64,000 bases of DNA. Source: a virus. A program made the translations under genes and the position numbers. Location: positions 9,168-73,167 of the IMG/VR virus record IMGVR_UViG_3300045974_000100. One strand, 5' to 3'. This document shows, in pieces, positions 45,101-54,495 of the stretch (positions are counted from its first letter, which is position 1; each line of letters starts with the position of its first letter). The notes beneath the pieces were generated by a model. That model had not been told where the DNA came from, searched no databases, and saw nothing but the letters and a program-made list of their open reading frames with translations.

Positions 45101-47076
45101 CGAAGGTGTCCAACGCTATGGGCGCGATCGCCTCAGAGATGTACGGCCAGGATCGGATGGCTGTCCTGAATGGCTCTGGGTATGTTCCTGGCGCCCGGTC
45201 GTTCTCCCAGACGGGGTCGGCTTCGCAGCAGCGTGGCGCGGGTATCTACTCACAGAACCAGAAGTACGGGTTCGACGCGAAGATCAGCAAGTACGTTGAG
45301 GAACTCATGCTTCACCCGGACAACGCGGGTGCGGCCTATGGTGCGTCAACGTCCCAGGCCAAGCAGTTGTACAAGGCCGCTCCCACCGGCGGCACCAACG
45401 GCGCGATCGCCATGCTGTTGAACCAGACCCCGCAGTCCTCACCGTTGTATGGGGTTCTTCAGCAGGCCGCGTCGACGACGCAAGCGGTGCAGTCCACGAA
45501 CCTCACAGCGTTGCCGACCCAGCAGTGGAAGTCAGCGATCAGCGCTTGGCATGGGGACACGCAGCAGCTAGCGAAGAACCCGGCCATGTCGGACCAGGGC
45601 GCGTTGGCATTGTTCGGTGCCGACAAGCAGGCCCAACAGCAGGCATTGCAGTCCTATTTGGGGTTCGCACAGCAGTGGTTGGCGGCTGAGGACCAAACCC
45701 ATGTGGCGCTCGAGCGAGCCAATGAGGGTTACCACATCAACGTGAAACGGTCGACGGATGCGTTCAACCGCAACCAGTTGGTCAACCAGCAGGCGTTCAA
45801 CCGGTCGCTGCAACGGCAGGCGAAGGCGGCAGCGTTGGCGTTGGCTGAACCGTACACACGCATGCAGGCCGGGTTCGTCTCTGATGCGTCCGGTGCGATC
45901 CAGAACGTGAACGACAAGTCGAAGACGTACATGAACCAACTGGACCAGGTGAAGCAGCTCAAGAAGATGGGGCTGACGCAGAACGCAGTAGACCAGTTCT
46001 CGTTGGGCACTCAGGGCAACTGGCAGCAAACGTCGCAGGTGTTCAACGATCTGTCGCAGAACAAGAACTTCATTGCGCAGATGAACAAGGCCGCTCAGGC
46101 CGCTTTGGCTGCTGGTCACGCTGCGGTGGCGGACAAGTCGAATGTTGCGGTGCAGCAGGCCACCCAGGACTACAAGATTTCGGTGGCGAACCAGCGCAAG
46201 GAGTTCAACATCGGTCTGGGGAACATGCGTCAGGATCTGGGGTTGCAGCAGCGGTACGCGTTGCAGGATCTGGCTCGTGCCGGCACCGAGTACGGGAACT
46301 CAGCCGCGGACATCAACAAGAAGTTCATCGCGAAGATCAGTGACCTGCCTGGGTATGCGAAGGCGAAGATGGGGCCGAACATCATTGGCCTGGTCAAGGA
46401 CATGAAGGCGTCGTTTAAGTCGGCGTGGGCTGACCAGTTCCGCGGCTTGCCGAACCCGTTGGATGGTGGCTCGTCGACGACTGGTGCGGTGGATGCGAAC
46501 GGTGTGGCCACGGCGTGGAAGTCGATCGCTGGTGCCCGTGTGGACAGTGTGGGGACGCACAGCATCACGATCCACAAGAACGGCACGATCATGACGATCA
46601 CTGGCCTGTCGACGATCCCGGCGGGTATCACCAAGGACAGCGTCATCAACGTGGGTGAAGTGTTGGGTACGTCCACGAAGTCGGCGTTGAAGGTGTCGGT
46701 GAAGCACACGGCCACCTCACAGCCCGCTTCCACGTATGCGCCGCCTACGGCTCTTGGTGGTGTGACGATGATGCCGCAGATCCGTACGGTCGGTGAGGCT
46801 GATCCGGAGGCGATCATCCCGTTGAACCGTCGAGGCACGTCAGTCATTGCGGCGGCCATGAAGGACTACATGACGTTCAACGATTTGAAGTCGAACCAGA
46901 CGGCAGGACATTCGATCGTTGTCCACAACACGTACAACTACGACCACTCGACGGCGATCAATGGTCCGATCAGTGTCGTGTCGCAGGACCCGATGGACAT
47001 GATGAAGAAGATGCAGGCCAAGAAGCAGTTGACGGCGCTCACAAGCAAGCGAGGTGCGATGAGCAGTGGTGGATAA
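42181..47076 (+). CDS. Tape measure protein
   Basis: 1631 aa, Ala/Gly/Gln-rich and helical; AGGAGG RBS; C-terminal VGEADPEAIIPL. Confidence 0.92.
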   Translation: MFDQDVTTTFNADMSGYSASLHQAIALSNQYADSADTMLGSLGKLNIASSLLIKSFAGLTQSNKMATSQAAAYQQMLEGVSATALAAGQSITGVQNATLKLARSYPIGMGQAVAQTKQLQQSGVVTAKAIQQLGVEFTKLGAATGTYGPALGDSFLQLTRTMGNSINQVGKLGDSLTSVTAKYGASAASVVQFSKAIAPVASIAGMTQTQVMGISTAFSRLGDDGYRAANAFNKIVLDMTRSITYGTPEVKSYASALNMTTDQMTRLFKTDPSAFIVKFTNTINTQGVKSIKTLDQLGFDGLNTFKAIQTLAKSGDLQAVINTSVSSFGNGSTNKAAGEAMGGVNDKLSKLQENMSQTVAATGKPFLGYMGSVLDVANSLSEAVNKIATSPLAQTLQTWGAGFKFVATAAMHLVTAMTLIGMGRGIGMKIGASGMAANFMSGFRNPELARSGGMVSGMGGIAAMPLMAYRNAGGGPGVFRMGGRMAMNTSSMLMMANANMINGGWGKGSVVGAQRMRAAEDVAHYQQTGMWPVRQTAANPVLTPYAPGMAPAEGEIIGGQKVTKWQAAELRLRQQGVVAKEGFMGEHSVRNFGRAFAYQGAATGMAGARIAGSGLKGIGMAAGMLTGLPLPAVGAVAGIGAAAYVGDKLYRDAQQKAADIRSIATAQTVNTAFNNFAEKAGTATRSLTSFSTIVTESTMKLANQSTTWSQAGKLSAAQLSSAKQPSYKASYTTPKGVYGSTDVATWMGLMLGPNPTAPEVSKVGQDIAARTGQGPDVAQAALAKLTGQGTGYRGVDLGSMSGTIGRLEGNQGLSTKFYKQVGEYGRNAQAQAQQTYGDKASSGVGFSQGAQLLKSIVAAERAGKLGINSRKQGLAQVAAFMGLDKTGQQQLQDAYQESRANLVVGQESKYNFSLGNVRSGLSGTSRSTFDANKGYTSQGGYAANPASFAELTSDAKTAMSTVVNFANVFGKQGAKVSNAMGAIASEMYGQDRMAVLNGSGYVPGARSFSQTGSASQQRGAGIYSQNQKYGFDAKISKYVEELMLHPDNAGAAYGASTSQAKQLYKAAPTGGTNGAIAMLLNQTPQSSPLYGVLQQAASTTQAVQSTNLTALPTQQWKSAISAWHGDTQQLAKNPAMSDQGALALFGADKQAQQQALQSYLGFAQQWLAAEDQTHVALERANEGYHINVKRSTDAFNRNQLVNQQAFNRSLQRQAKAAALALAEPYTRMQAGFVSDASGAIQNVNDKSKTYMNQLDQVKQLKKMGLTQNAVDQFSLGTQGNWQQTSQVFNDLSQNKNFIAQMNKAAQAALAAGHAAVADKSNVAVQQATQDYKISVANQRKEFNIGLGNMRQDLGLQQRYALQDLARAGTEYGNSAADINKKFIAKISDLPGYAKAKMGPNIIGLVKDMKASFKSAWADQFRGLPNPLDGGSSTTGAVDANGVATAWKSIAGARVDSVGTHSITIHKNGTIMTITGLSTIPAGITKDSVINVGEVLGTSTKSALKVSVKHTATSQPASTYAPPTALGGVTMMPQIRTVGEADPEAIIPLNRRGTSVIAAAMKDYMTFNDLKSNQTAGHSIVVHNTYNYDHSTAINGPISVVSQDPMDMMKKMQAKKQLTALTSKRGAMSSGG

Positions 47077-47542
47077 CCTCACGTTGTCGTGTCGCATTTC
47101 CACGGCCCCTGGCACGTATGGGACGCCGATCGCTGGCATCTGGAACTACTCGTCATGGCTGCAACTCAATGACCGGATCCACTACACGGTGGAGAAGGAG
47201 TCGTTCGGGGACACGGCGGTGACGCACCAGAAGCAGGAGGTGACGTCGCCGTTCTTTGAGGGGTCGTTTACGGCGTTCAGCAAGCGGGCCAACATCCAGG
47301 TGCCGTTGAACGTGTATGTCAACGCCGCCACTCCTGCTGCGCTGAACACGTATCTTGATGCGTTGACGAACGCCTGCGACCAGCCGAACTTCTCGGTGGA
47401 GTTCCAGGACAGCGACAGTGACGAGTATTGGGACTGCACGGCCAGTGATTACACGGTGTCGGCTCCGGTGGAGTTGCGGCATGCCCGGATGGCGTTGGTG
47501 AAGATCTCGCTGGTGCGGTTGCCCGGCGTGCGTCGCGTTTAG
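47066..47542 (+). CDS. Distal tail (Dit-like) protein
   Basis: Directly after the TMP; TSPFFEGS. Confidence 0.6.
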   Translation: MVDNLTLSCRISTAPGTYGTPIAGIWNYSSWLQLNDRIHYTVEKESFGDTAVTHQKQEVTSPFFEGSFTAFSKRANIQVPLNVYVNAATPAALNTYLDALTNACDQPNFSVEFQDSDSDEYWDCTASDYTVSAPVELRHARMALVKISLVRLPGVRRV

Positions 47543-47550
47543 GAGACCTG

Positions 47551-47964
47551 ATGTCTGCGTTCACTCCGTCCGGGTCGAAGGACCTGCTCACGGCCTATTT
47601 CAAGCCGTCGACTCCGGTGAACATGTGGTTGACGTTGTGCACGTATGTGCCCATCCCGCAGGACACCGGTGCGACGTTGTTGGAGCCGAAGTCTGCGAAC
47701 GGGTTCGCTCGGGTGGCGTTGAACTTGGCGACGGCGAACTGGACGGTGGACTCCTCTGGCATGTTCGTCTCGAACACGAGCCTGATCTCGTTCGCCACCC
47801 CATCAGCCGCGTGGGGCCGTATCACCGGGTGGGCGCTTGTGGACAACGCCACCATCGGTGCCGGCAACGTGAAGGCCGCCGGTGAACTGATGCCTGCGCA
47901 GTGGATCAACGCCACCGACGTCGTGCAGATCAAGGCTGGCGTCCTTCGGGTCATGGTGTTGTAG
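47551..47964 (+). CDS. Small tail/fibre-associated protein (paralog 2)
   Basis: WLTLCT..P..DTG..EP...FARVAL...W...NTSLISF..PSAAWG.ITGWALVD.AT.GN. Confidence 0.75.
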   Translation: MSAFTPSGSKDLLTAYFKPSTPVNMWLTLCTYVPIPQDTGATLLEPKSANGFARVALNLATANWTVDSSGMFVSNTSLISFATPSAAWGRITGWALVDNATIGAGNVKAAGELMPAQWINATDVVQIKAGVLRVMVL

Positions 47965-49089
47965 ATGAAGGATGCTGTTGATGGTGCTGCGGCGAAGGTT
48001 CCCACACCGATCACTGTGAATCTGACTCCTGGCCAGGTTGTTCTATGGACGGCTGGGAGCATGGCCCTCAAGCCAAGGCGACCGCTTGCGTCCATCCCGT
48101 CGATCTTGAACGAAACGGCGCTCACGTTCGGCCTCCCGGACTACATGCCAGTGAACGGTATGCCCACGCAGCCCCAAGACGGGGCCTTCCTGCGGGTCAT
48201 CACGACGTTGAGCGCTTCTGCCACGCCCAGTAACCCCAGTGGCTACACACCCGCTCCTGGCCTCGTCCCGGACCCTGGCTCGATCCAACTGGTCCACAAC
48301 TTGCTGTTGCCGTGGGCGCACTGGCAGATGAAGGCCGCGAACTGGACAGATTCGACCCATACGCTCACCCCGGCAGGGCACAAGACGTCATTTGTCCCGA
48401 ACCTCGTCGGCAACCGGACTGCGTCAGCGGCCTCCACCGGCTTCCAGTCCTACCCACGGATGGTGTTCGGGTGGGGTCGTGGCCGTGGCGGCAAGTTCAC
48501 CAACGACTCGATCCTGTTCATCAACCCATACACGTACTTGTCGACGGTGTCCCAGCCGTTCGTATCAGGGTCGATGACTGCGCTGATTTCGGTGTTCGCT
48601 GGGGAGAGTTACTCCGGCGACGTGCCCATCATGATGATCAAAGACATCTCGGGCCGGTCCTGGACGGTGCGCCTGTCCTCAAGCAAGGTGTCCCTGGTGG
48701 ACTCAGTGTGGTCCGGGGCCCGCATCGACATCCCCATCTCGCCGGCAGCTGCACAGGGACGCGACCCCATCATGGTGGGGCTGAGCGTGGGGTCGGAGAT
48801 CTACTACTACGCCGACGAAACCAACCACCCGGCTTCTGTGACCAGGCCGATCGCATTGCTGTCGCTGTGGGACGGGAAGAACACCTACATGAACCGGATG
48901 CTTCTGGCCGGTGGCATCAGTGGTGTGAAGGATCTGATCGTGGGCACCAACAGCGTCATCGACGATGACAACGGCCAGTTCTACGTCAACGATGTGATCG
49001 CCTATGACAAGTTCATGACGGGCGCGGAGTTGAAGATGCGCCTCCAACAGATCGGTGCGCTGAACGGGATGAACGCTAATGGGCAGTGA
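47965..49089 (+). CDS. Minor tail protein (LamG/ConA-like C-terminus possible)
   Basis: Beta-rich; ends DVIAYDKFMTGAEL, like LamG C-termini. Confidence 0.6.
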   Translation: MKDAVDGAAAKVPTPITVNLTPGQVVLWTAGSMALKPRRPLASIPSILNETALTFGLPDYMPVNGMPTQPQDGAFLRVITTLSASATPSNPSGYTPAPGLVPDPGSIQLVHNLLLPWAHWQMKAANWTDSTHTLTPAGHKTSFVPNLVGNRTASAASTGFQSYPRMVFGWGRGRGGKFTNDSILFINPYTYLSTVSQPFVSGSMTALISVFAGESYSGDVPIMMIKDISGRSWTVRLSSSKVSLVDSVWSGARIDIPISPAAAQGRDPIMVGLSVGSEIYYYADETNHPASVTRPIALLSLWDGKNTYMNRMLLAGGISGVKDLIVGTNSVIDDDNGQFYVNDVIAYDKFMTGAELKMRLQQIGALNGMNANGQ

Positions 49090-51430
49090 AGCCTCCAACA
49101 CCACTCCCACCATTCACACCGCTGGTGGTCGGTTCCGCGTCATCATCGACCCACTGGTAGGGCCTGCTGTGGACGCCACGATCGTCCGGGAGTTACCCAC
49201 ACTTGTGGACAGCATGGGGACAGCCGACCCGTTCGGTCCCACATCGGTGCAGGTGTCGTTCCCCGGCGTCACCTTGTTGGACCAGATCGGTGGTGGGGAT
49301 CTGTGGTGGATGGTGCCCGAAGCCAACATCGACATCGTGTGGGAGAACGCCGCCGGCACGGAGGTGTGGGTGTGGGAAGGCTTCATGGAGTCCATCAACT
49401 GGACGAAGTCCGGGGACTCGTTGGGGACGACGTGGACCTGCCAGGGTGCGCTGTTTGAAGCGGATCACATTCAGGCCAAGCCGGAGTTCCTGTACCAGCC
49501 GTTGCCGTATGAGCATGCGATCGGCCGGTTCTTCGAAGCGCGCGCTGATGGACGCTGCCAGCCGATGACTGTGGAGTGGCCTGCTGGGTGGGCGACGGTG
49601 TTCAACCGGCAACAGTCGCCGTACAACAACCCGACCAGGCCGTGGTGGGTTCCCTCGAATGTGCTGCAGGGTGAGAAGTGGACAGGCCTGGTCACCAGGA
49701 ACGCCGGCACCCACAACGGTGCGCTCACCGACTACATCACGTCCCTATTGACGAACATGAAGACACCGCAGGGCCGGTGGACTCTTGCATTGGATCCGGG
49801 CCGGCAACCGGTGCTGCGCATGGTGCCGTATGTGCCGATCGCTGACTCGTCGACGTTGGTCATTGATGCCACCTGGCCCGGCGTCGACTTGGATCTCACT
49901 GCCGACCATTCTCAGACGGCTAACGTCATCTACGGGTCAGTGACCTCGTTGCAGGGTGACTCGTATTCGGGTCTCGAGGTGTCCGCTGACGGCGCCACAA
50001 CCCGCTGGGAGCCGTTCGCGTTCGAACCATCTGTGGAACCAGCGGACCCGAACCACAACATGTACTTCAACCCGGCTCGGATGCGCCGCGAGATCACCAT
50101 CGACTTCCCGCAAGGGGTGTCCGTCAAGGACGCGAAGACGATCGCGCAACAGCACTTCAACGTCGTCGGGGACCCTGGTGTGTCCGGGACGATCACATTG
50201 CAGGGCGTCGAACCGTATGTCGGTATCCCCACGGTGACGTTGACCAGTGACCCGGTGGCCCACAACACGAACAAGATCCGCACCGTCACTCCGACGTCGA
50301 CGACGTACCCGTGGCGTGCCATCCACGCGGGGCAGAAGATCCAGGTGCGTGGTCTGTTCGGACGCGAAGACGGGTTGACCTTCTACGTCACCGCCACCCA
50401 AGGCACCGCAGACAACATCCAACTCACTGTGGACACGAAGTCCCGCGACCAGTTCACCCTGGCTGAGATCAAGGCCCGCACCCGTGACGCTTTGGTGCCG
50501 ACACGTCAGTTGAAGGTCGCCGGTGAGGGTGGCACGTTCGACCCGATCATCAAGGATCTGCTGTGGCCATGGTCCTACGCCGATGGTGCAGGGGTGGTGC
50601 CGTTGCAGGCCCGCAGTTTGTGGACGGACATCCCACCGGACATCCTCACTGACCTGGACTTCCCGTGGACGGCGTTGACGACGAAACGCTCCCCGAAGCA
50701 TTGGCCTGACTCGTACATCAAGATCCCACCGATGAGCACCAGCAAGGCCGACTACAACTGGTCGTTCGCCAAGCGCAAGATCGACGCTGATGGTGGCATC
50801 ACGATCATCACGAACTGGCGTGTGCTCCTGTCGGCCAACGGCACGATCAGCCTGTCCCAGTTCGCCCTGTATGACGAGAACGGGAACTTGGTGCAACTGC
50901 CGTTCCATGTGTCGCTGTACTTGAACAACGCCATGGTGCTGCCCAGCATGATGCCGCAGATCCCTTCGGACGGGTCAACGTATGCCTGGCCTGCCGGTCA
51001 GCACTACCCGTTCTTCCCTGGTGCGTTCGAAATCAAGGACGCCAACGGGCGCGTGTTGCCGTCAGCGAAGCAGACCGTGGTGAACGCCCAAGTCCTCACC
51101 GGCTGGGGTAACGGCTATGAGATGGCCGGCTATTGGCCTGGGCACCAGTCGGACACGTCCAGCATCGTCACTGGCATGCTCGTCGACGAGTCCACGTGGA
51201 CGTATGACTTCAGCTTGCAGAACACCGCGCAGAAGGGTGTGGACGCCCAACGCACACCGACGCAGAACATGGGCATCTATAACTCGAAGACGAAGCGGTG
51301 GACGGCAAACACAAACACGGTCCGGGCTGCGGTGATGATCTACTGCGAGAACACGACCGGCAAGAACATCTACATGTTGGGGCGGCTGTTCCGCGACGCT
51401 CTGGGTGTGGCCACGATGCAGGGAGGGTGA
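49079..51430 (+). CDS. Minor tail / baseplate hub protein
   Basis: TADPFGP, VWEG, N.IYG, GTITL, IHAGQKI patterns typical of actinophage hub proteins. Confidence 0.75.
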   Translation: MGSEASNTTPTIHTAGGRFRVIIDPLVGPAVDATIVRELPTLVDSMGTADPFGPTSVQVSFPGVTLLDQIGGGDLWWMVPEANIDIVWENAAGTEVWVWEGFMESINWTKSGDSLGTTWTCQGALFEADHIQAKPEFLYQPLPYEHAIGRFFEARADGRCQPMTVEWPAGWATVFNRQQSPYNNPTRPWWVPSNVLQGEKWTGLVTRNAGTHNGALTDYITSLLTNMKTPQGRWTLALDPGRQPVLRMVPYVPIADSSTLVIDATWPGVDLDLTADHSQTANVIYGSVTSLQGDSYSGLEVSADGATTRWEPFAFEPSVEPADPNHNMYFNPARMRREITIDFPQGVSVKDAKTIAQQHFNVVGDPGVSGTITLQGVEPYVGIPTVTLTSDPVAHNTNKIRTVTPTSTTYPWRAIHAGQKIQVRGLFGREDGLTFYVTATQGTADNIQLTVDTKSRDQFTLAEIKARTRDALVPTRQLKVAGEGGTFDPIIKDLLWPWSYADGAGVVPLQARSLWTDIPPDILTDLDFPWTALTTKRSPKHWPDSYIKIPPMSTSKADYNWSFAKRKIDADGGITIITNWRVLLSANGTISLSQFALYDENGNLVQLPFHVSLYLNNAMVLPSMMPQIPSDGSTYAWPAGQHYPFFPGAFEIKDANGRVLPSAKQTVVNAQVLTGWGNGYEMAGYWPGHQSDTSSIVTGMLVDESTWTYDFSLQNTAQKGVDAQRTPTQNMGIYNSKTKRWTANTNTVRAAVMIYCENTTGKNIYMLGRLFRDALGVATMQGG

Positions 51431-51431
51431 C

Positions 51432-51542
51432 ATGCCATACGGACTGTTCAACTGGCACGAGTACGGCCGTCGCAACCAGGATGAGCGATTGACCCACGGC
51501 CCCGGTAAGCGCAAGCGCAAGCCACGGAAGAAGAACCGCTGA
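51432..51542 (+). CDS. 36-aa basic peptide (MPYGLFNWHEYGRR...KRKRKPRKKNR)
   Basis: GGAGG RBS at 51422; TGATG-coupled to the next gene. Confidence 0.55.
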   Translation: MPYGLFNWHEYGRRNQDERLTHGPGKRKRKPRKKNR

Positions 51543-51907
51543 TGTCCAGTGCACTGTCGTCGCTGTACGTCGGAGGGCTGCTCACAACGATGTCCACCGA
51601 CCTGGCCTACGTGTCGTTGTACACCGCCGAACCGGACGAAACCCTGCCCACAACGAACGAGTCGACGGCCGGACGCATCCCGGTGACGTGGGCACTGACA
51701 GGGTCACGGACGATCCAGAACTCCTCTGTGCTGCAGTGGGCGTCAGTCACACCGGGCACGTACTCCTATGTGGGCCTGTGGGCGGCCGCCAGCGGGTCTA
51801 CAGCGAGTTTGTTCCGCGGTTGGCTACAACTCCCAGCCCCCATCACCGTCCCCATCACCACAGGCCTTGTGCTGGCAGCAAGCACGTTGACCATCGGCTT
51901 CCCGTAA
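51542..51907 (+). CDS. Small tail/fibre-associated protein (paralog 3)
   Basis: YVSLYTAEP...NE...RIPVTW...NSSVLQW...SYVGLWAAASG. Confidence 0.75.
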   Translation: MSSALSSLYVGGLLTTMSTDLAYVSLYTAEPDETLPTTNESTAGRIPVTWALTGSRTIQNSSVLQWASVTPGTYSYVGLWAAASGSTASLFRGWLQLPAPITVPITTGLVLAASTLTIGFP

Positions 51908-51915
51908 AGGCCCCA

Positions 51916-51977
51916 GAAACACAAAAAGACCCATGTAGGGGGACCCCAGCCCGTAGGCCAGAGCCCCCCTCAGGGTC
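51916..51977 (-). terminator. Terminator of the leftward accessory operon
   Basis: Minus strand GACCC..GGGGG.CTCTGGCC-TACG-GGCTGGGG.CCCCC..GGGTC followed by TTTTTGTGTTT; convergent with the tail operon. Confidence 0.7.
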
Positions 51978-52458
51978 ACACCGGTGTGTCGAGGAACGCT
52001 TCGATCCGGTCATAAGACCAGGGATCGTTGTCGACGCGCTTACCGCGTTCAGCTTCGAAGCGGCCCCACGACGGCGACCCCGGCACATACGGGTTATCCC
52101 CGGCCGGGTTGGGAGCGTTGGTGATGCGTTCAATCTCAGCCTCAGTCTCAGCGATGAGGCGCAACTTTTCCGCGCGAGAGGTGTTGATCATCTCGGACGG
52201 GTCGTAGTTCACGGAGCCAGCCGGCTTCTTCTTCGGCGGCACTGTCTTGTAAGTGGTCACTGGTTCGGTCACTACGGGAACACCGTCCTTGAAGAAGACG
52301 GCGAGCCTGCGCACCGTGTCGACCGCTGCGAACACTGACTGGACCACTCCGGTGACCTGGTGGAACTGGTTCAGGCCCGGAATGAGTCCGGCAGGGTTCG
52401 CTTTCACGAACGAAACGAGGCTAGTGACAACCACGAGTGAGACGACGATCCAAACCAT
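51976..52458 (-). CDS. Membrane-anchored hypothetical protein
   Basis: N-terminal hydrophobic segment. Confidence 0.65.
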   Translation of the reverse strand: MVWIVVSLVVVTSLVSFVKANPAGLIPGLNQFHQVTGVVQSVFAAVDTVRRLAVFFKDGVPVVTEPVTTYKTVPPKKKPAGSVNYDPSEMINTSRAEKLRLIAETEAEIERITNAPNPAGDNPYVPGSPSWGRFEAERGKRVDNDPWSYDRIEAFLDTPV

Positions 52459-53378
52459 GTATGGTCCTGTCGAAACGTGGGCTTGTCATTGTGGTCGAAC
52501 CATTTGTCGGCGCCCCACAGCCACCCGTCAAAGGTGAGCCGTGACGCGTCCGGCAGCATCGATTGCACCCCGATGGGGAGAGCCGTCATGTAGTTGACTG
52601 CCTTCTCCACGGCGTCTTGCACGTTCTCGTTGAACACGGCTTCTAGAACATTGGCTTTGGTCTGGTGGAACACTGTGCTGTCCACGATGACGTCGGGGTT
52701 CTCAGTCATCCATTCAGTCATCATCCGACCGGCTTTGAACCCGTACCGTTCCACGAACGCCAACGGGCCCTCCTTGAGGGTCTCCTCGAACTCGTCCGAC
52801 GGGTCGCCCACCTCACCGATCCAATGGCACTCCAGGCAACCCAACAGTTCCGAGATGAAGTACACGGCTGACAGGTGCTTGTTCCAATGGGCGATCAGTT
52901 CGGTATGGACAGCGTCGGACACCGGATGCACCGACCAGGTCGGCAACAGTCCGCGCTCGCCTTCGCCAGCAGATTCCTCTGTGGCTTCGTCGGCGAACAG
53001 TTCCACGGGGAGGTTCCTGTTCCAACCATCGAACAGGTCCACGGAGAAGTCGACGATCACGGTGGGGAAGGGAATGTCGAGTTCCAGGAAGCTGATGATC
53101 TCGACGATCTCCGGGGAGACCTTGAGGTCACGCATCACTGGCGACTCCCACCACACCGGGACGGGAATGAACGACCCTGCGAGAGGTTGCGACCAATGTC
53201 GGGCGTCCTTGCAGAGCGTGTCCCAGTTCTGAACCAAAGCAATCCCCAGACCCGAAGACCCAGGGGCGTGAAGCCGTGCAAACGATCCGGTGGCATCGAT
53301 GGGTTCGATGAGCCGATAACCGGCGAGGGGAAGGCGGAAGGCCGGGAATCCGTACCCGACCTTCCCACCTTCAGCCAC
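52404..53378 (-). CDS. Hypothetical protein
   Basis: 324-aa acidic ORF coupled to the upstream gene. Confidence 0.65.
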   Translation of the reverse strand: MAEGGKVGYGFPAFRLPLAGYRLIEPIDATGSFARLHAPGSSGLGIALVQNWDTLCKDARHWSQPLAGSFIPVPVWWESPVMRDLKVSPEIVEIISFLELDIPFPTVIVDFSVDLFDGWNRNLPVELFADEATEESAGEGERGLLPTWSVHPVSDAVHTELIAHWNKHLSAVYFISELLGCLECHWIGEVGDPSDEFEETLKEGPLAFVERYGFKAGRMMTEWMTENPDVIVDSTVFHQTKANVLEAVFNENVQDAVEKAVNYMTALPIGVQSMLPDASRLTFDGWLWGADKWFDHNDKPTFRQDHTWFGSSSHSWLSLASFRS

Positions 53379-54430
53379 TACTTGCGGGGGCGCTGCTTAC
53401 CGCCCTGGTTACGGTGCTGGGGCTTTCCAGGCAACTGGCGCTCCAACTCCTTGACCGCCGCGTCAGCATGCTCGTTGGCCACGATCTTCAAAGGGTGGTC
53501 ATCTGGGAGAGCGTCGGGGTTAGCCAACTCTTCCTCAGTGAACGTGCCTTCGGGGACCTGAACCTCGACCAGGCCGTCTGCACGGACCATGGTGGTTCCC
53601 TCGATGTTCTCGGGGAGGTCAGCCGGAGCGGCCTCGGAGGCCGGCGCAGGCGCAATGACAGGCTCGACAACGCTGGACTCAACGGTCACGACAGACACTG
53701 GCTTCTTCGTGATCATGTTGTAGGCCATGATGCCCACGGTCGTCAGCAGGGAGATACCGACGATCGACACCAACGCGGGGAAGCCGCCGTAGACGATGGC
53801 GCCGAGCGCGTTGGACAGAACCGGAATGCCTTGCAGGAATGACGGGACGCCGAAGCTGAATCCGAAGAACGACGCCATGCGGATGGACAGCGCCAGTGAC
53901 GCTGTTGCTGAGGACACCGAAGTGACAACCTCTGAGCGGATCGCCATTTGCAGGTGACCCTTGACGTACTCGAGCGCCGGGAAGGCGTTGGACAGGCCGA
54001 GTTGGGCCATGGCCAGGTAGTGGTTCACGGTGTCCCGGTACTTGATGACAGCCGGCTTGTTGCCGTTGGCGTCGGCCTTGGTGACCCAAGAGATGGGGTG
54101 CTCAACCAAGTGAAGCGCGGAGCCGATGACACGGTCGATGGTCCAGCCGATCGCGTAGACGATGCCGTTGAAGGCCTTGGTGGCCAACGCGACAATGGGT
54201 TCGGTCAGTTTCGCGAACCCTCCTCGAATCGACAGCCAGCCGATCCCAGCCCATGTGGCTGCAGCTCCTGCCTGCGTCTTGACGACGTCGGGGATCCAGT
54301 CCGTGACCTTGCTGGTGGCGCTGAGCACGAATGACTTCACGTACTCAAAGGCCATGTGCGCCTTGTCCAGGATGACCTGGAGGAAGCGGAGCCGTGATGT
54401 GGCTCGTGGGGCAACAACGGATGTTGTCAC
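53378..54430 (-). CDS. Multi-TM membrane protein
   Basis: AAGGAG + GTG at 54430; several hydrophobic or amphipathic helices; acidic then basic tail. Confidence 0.7.
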   Translation of the reverse strand: MTTSVVAPRATSRLRFLQVILDKAHMAFEYVKSFVLSATSKVTDWIPDVVKTQAGAAATWAGIGWLSIRGGFAKLTEPIVALATKAFNGIVYAIGWTIDRVIGSALHLVEHPISWVTKADANGNKPAVIKYRDTVNHYLAMAQLGLSNAFPALEYVKGHLQMAIRSEVVTSVSSATASLALSIRMASFFGFSFGVPSFLQGIPVLSNALGAIVYGGFPALVSIVGISLLTTVGIMAYNMITKKPVSVVTVESSVVEPVIAPAPASEAAPADLPENIEGTTMVRADGLVEVQVPEGTFTEEELANPDALPDDHPLKIVANEHADAAVKELERQLPGKPQHRNQGGKQRPRK

Positions 54431-54448
54431 TTCGAACTCCTTGACTAG

Positions 54449-54466
54449 TGGTTTCACGTGAAACCA
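54449..54466. promoter_or_regulatory. parS: parS-like perfect palindrome TGGTTTCACGTGAAACCA
   Basis: Core GTTTCACGTGAAAC (54451-54464) equals the actinobacterial parS consensus; partial copy CACGTGAAACC at 54550-54560. Confidence 0.75.
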
Positions 54467-54495
54467 GGTGGTGTGGTGCAGGGTGCTGCGTTGCG

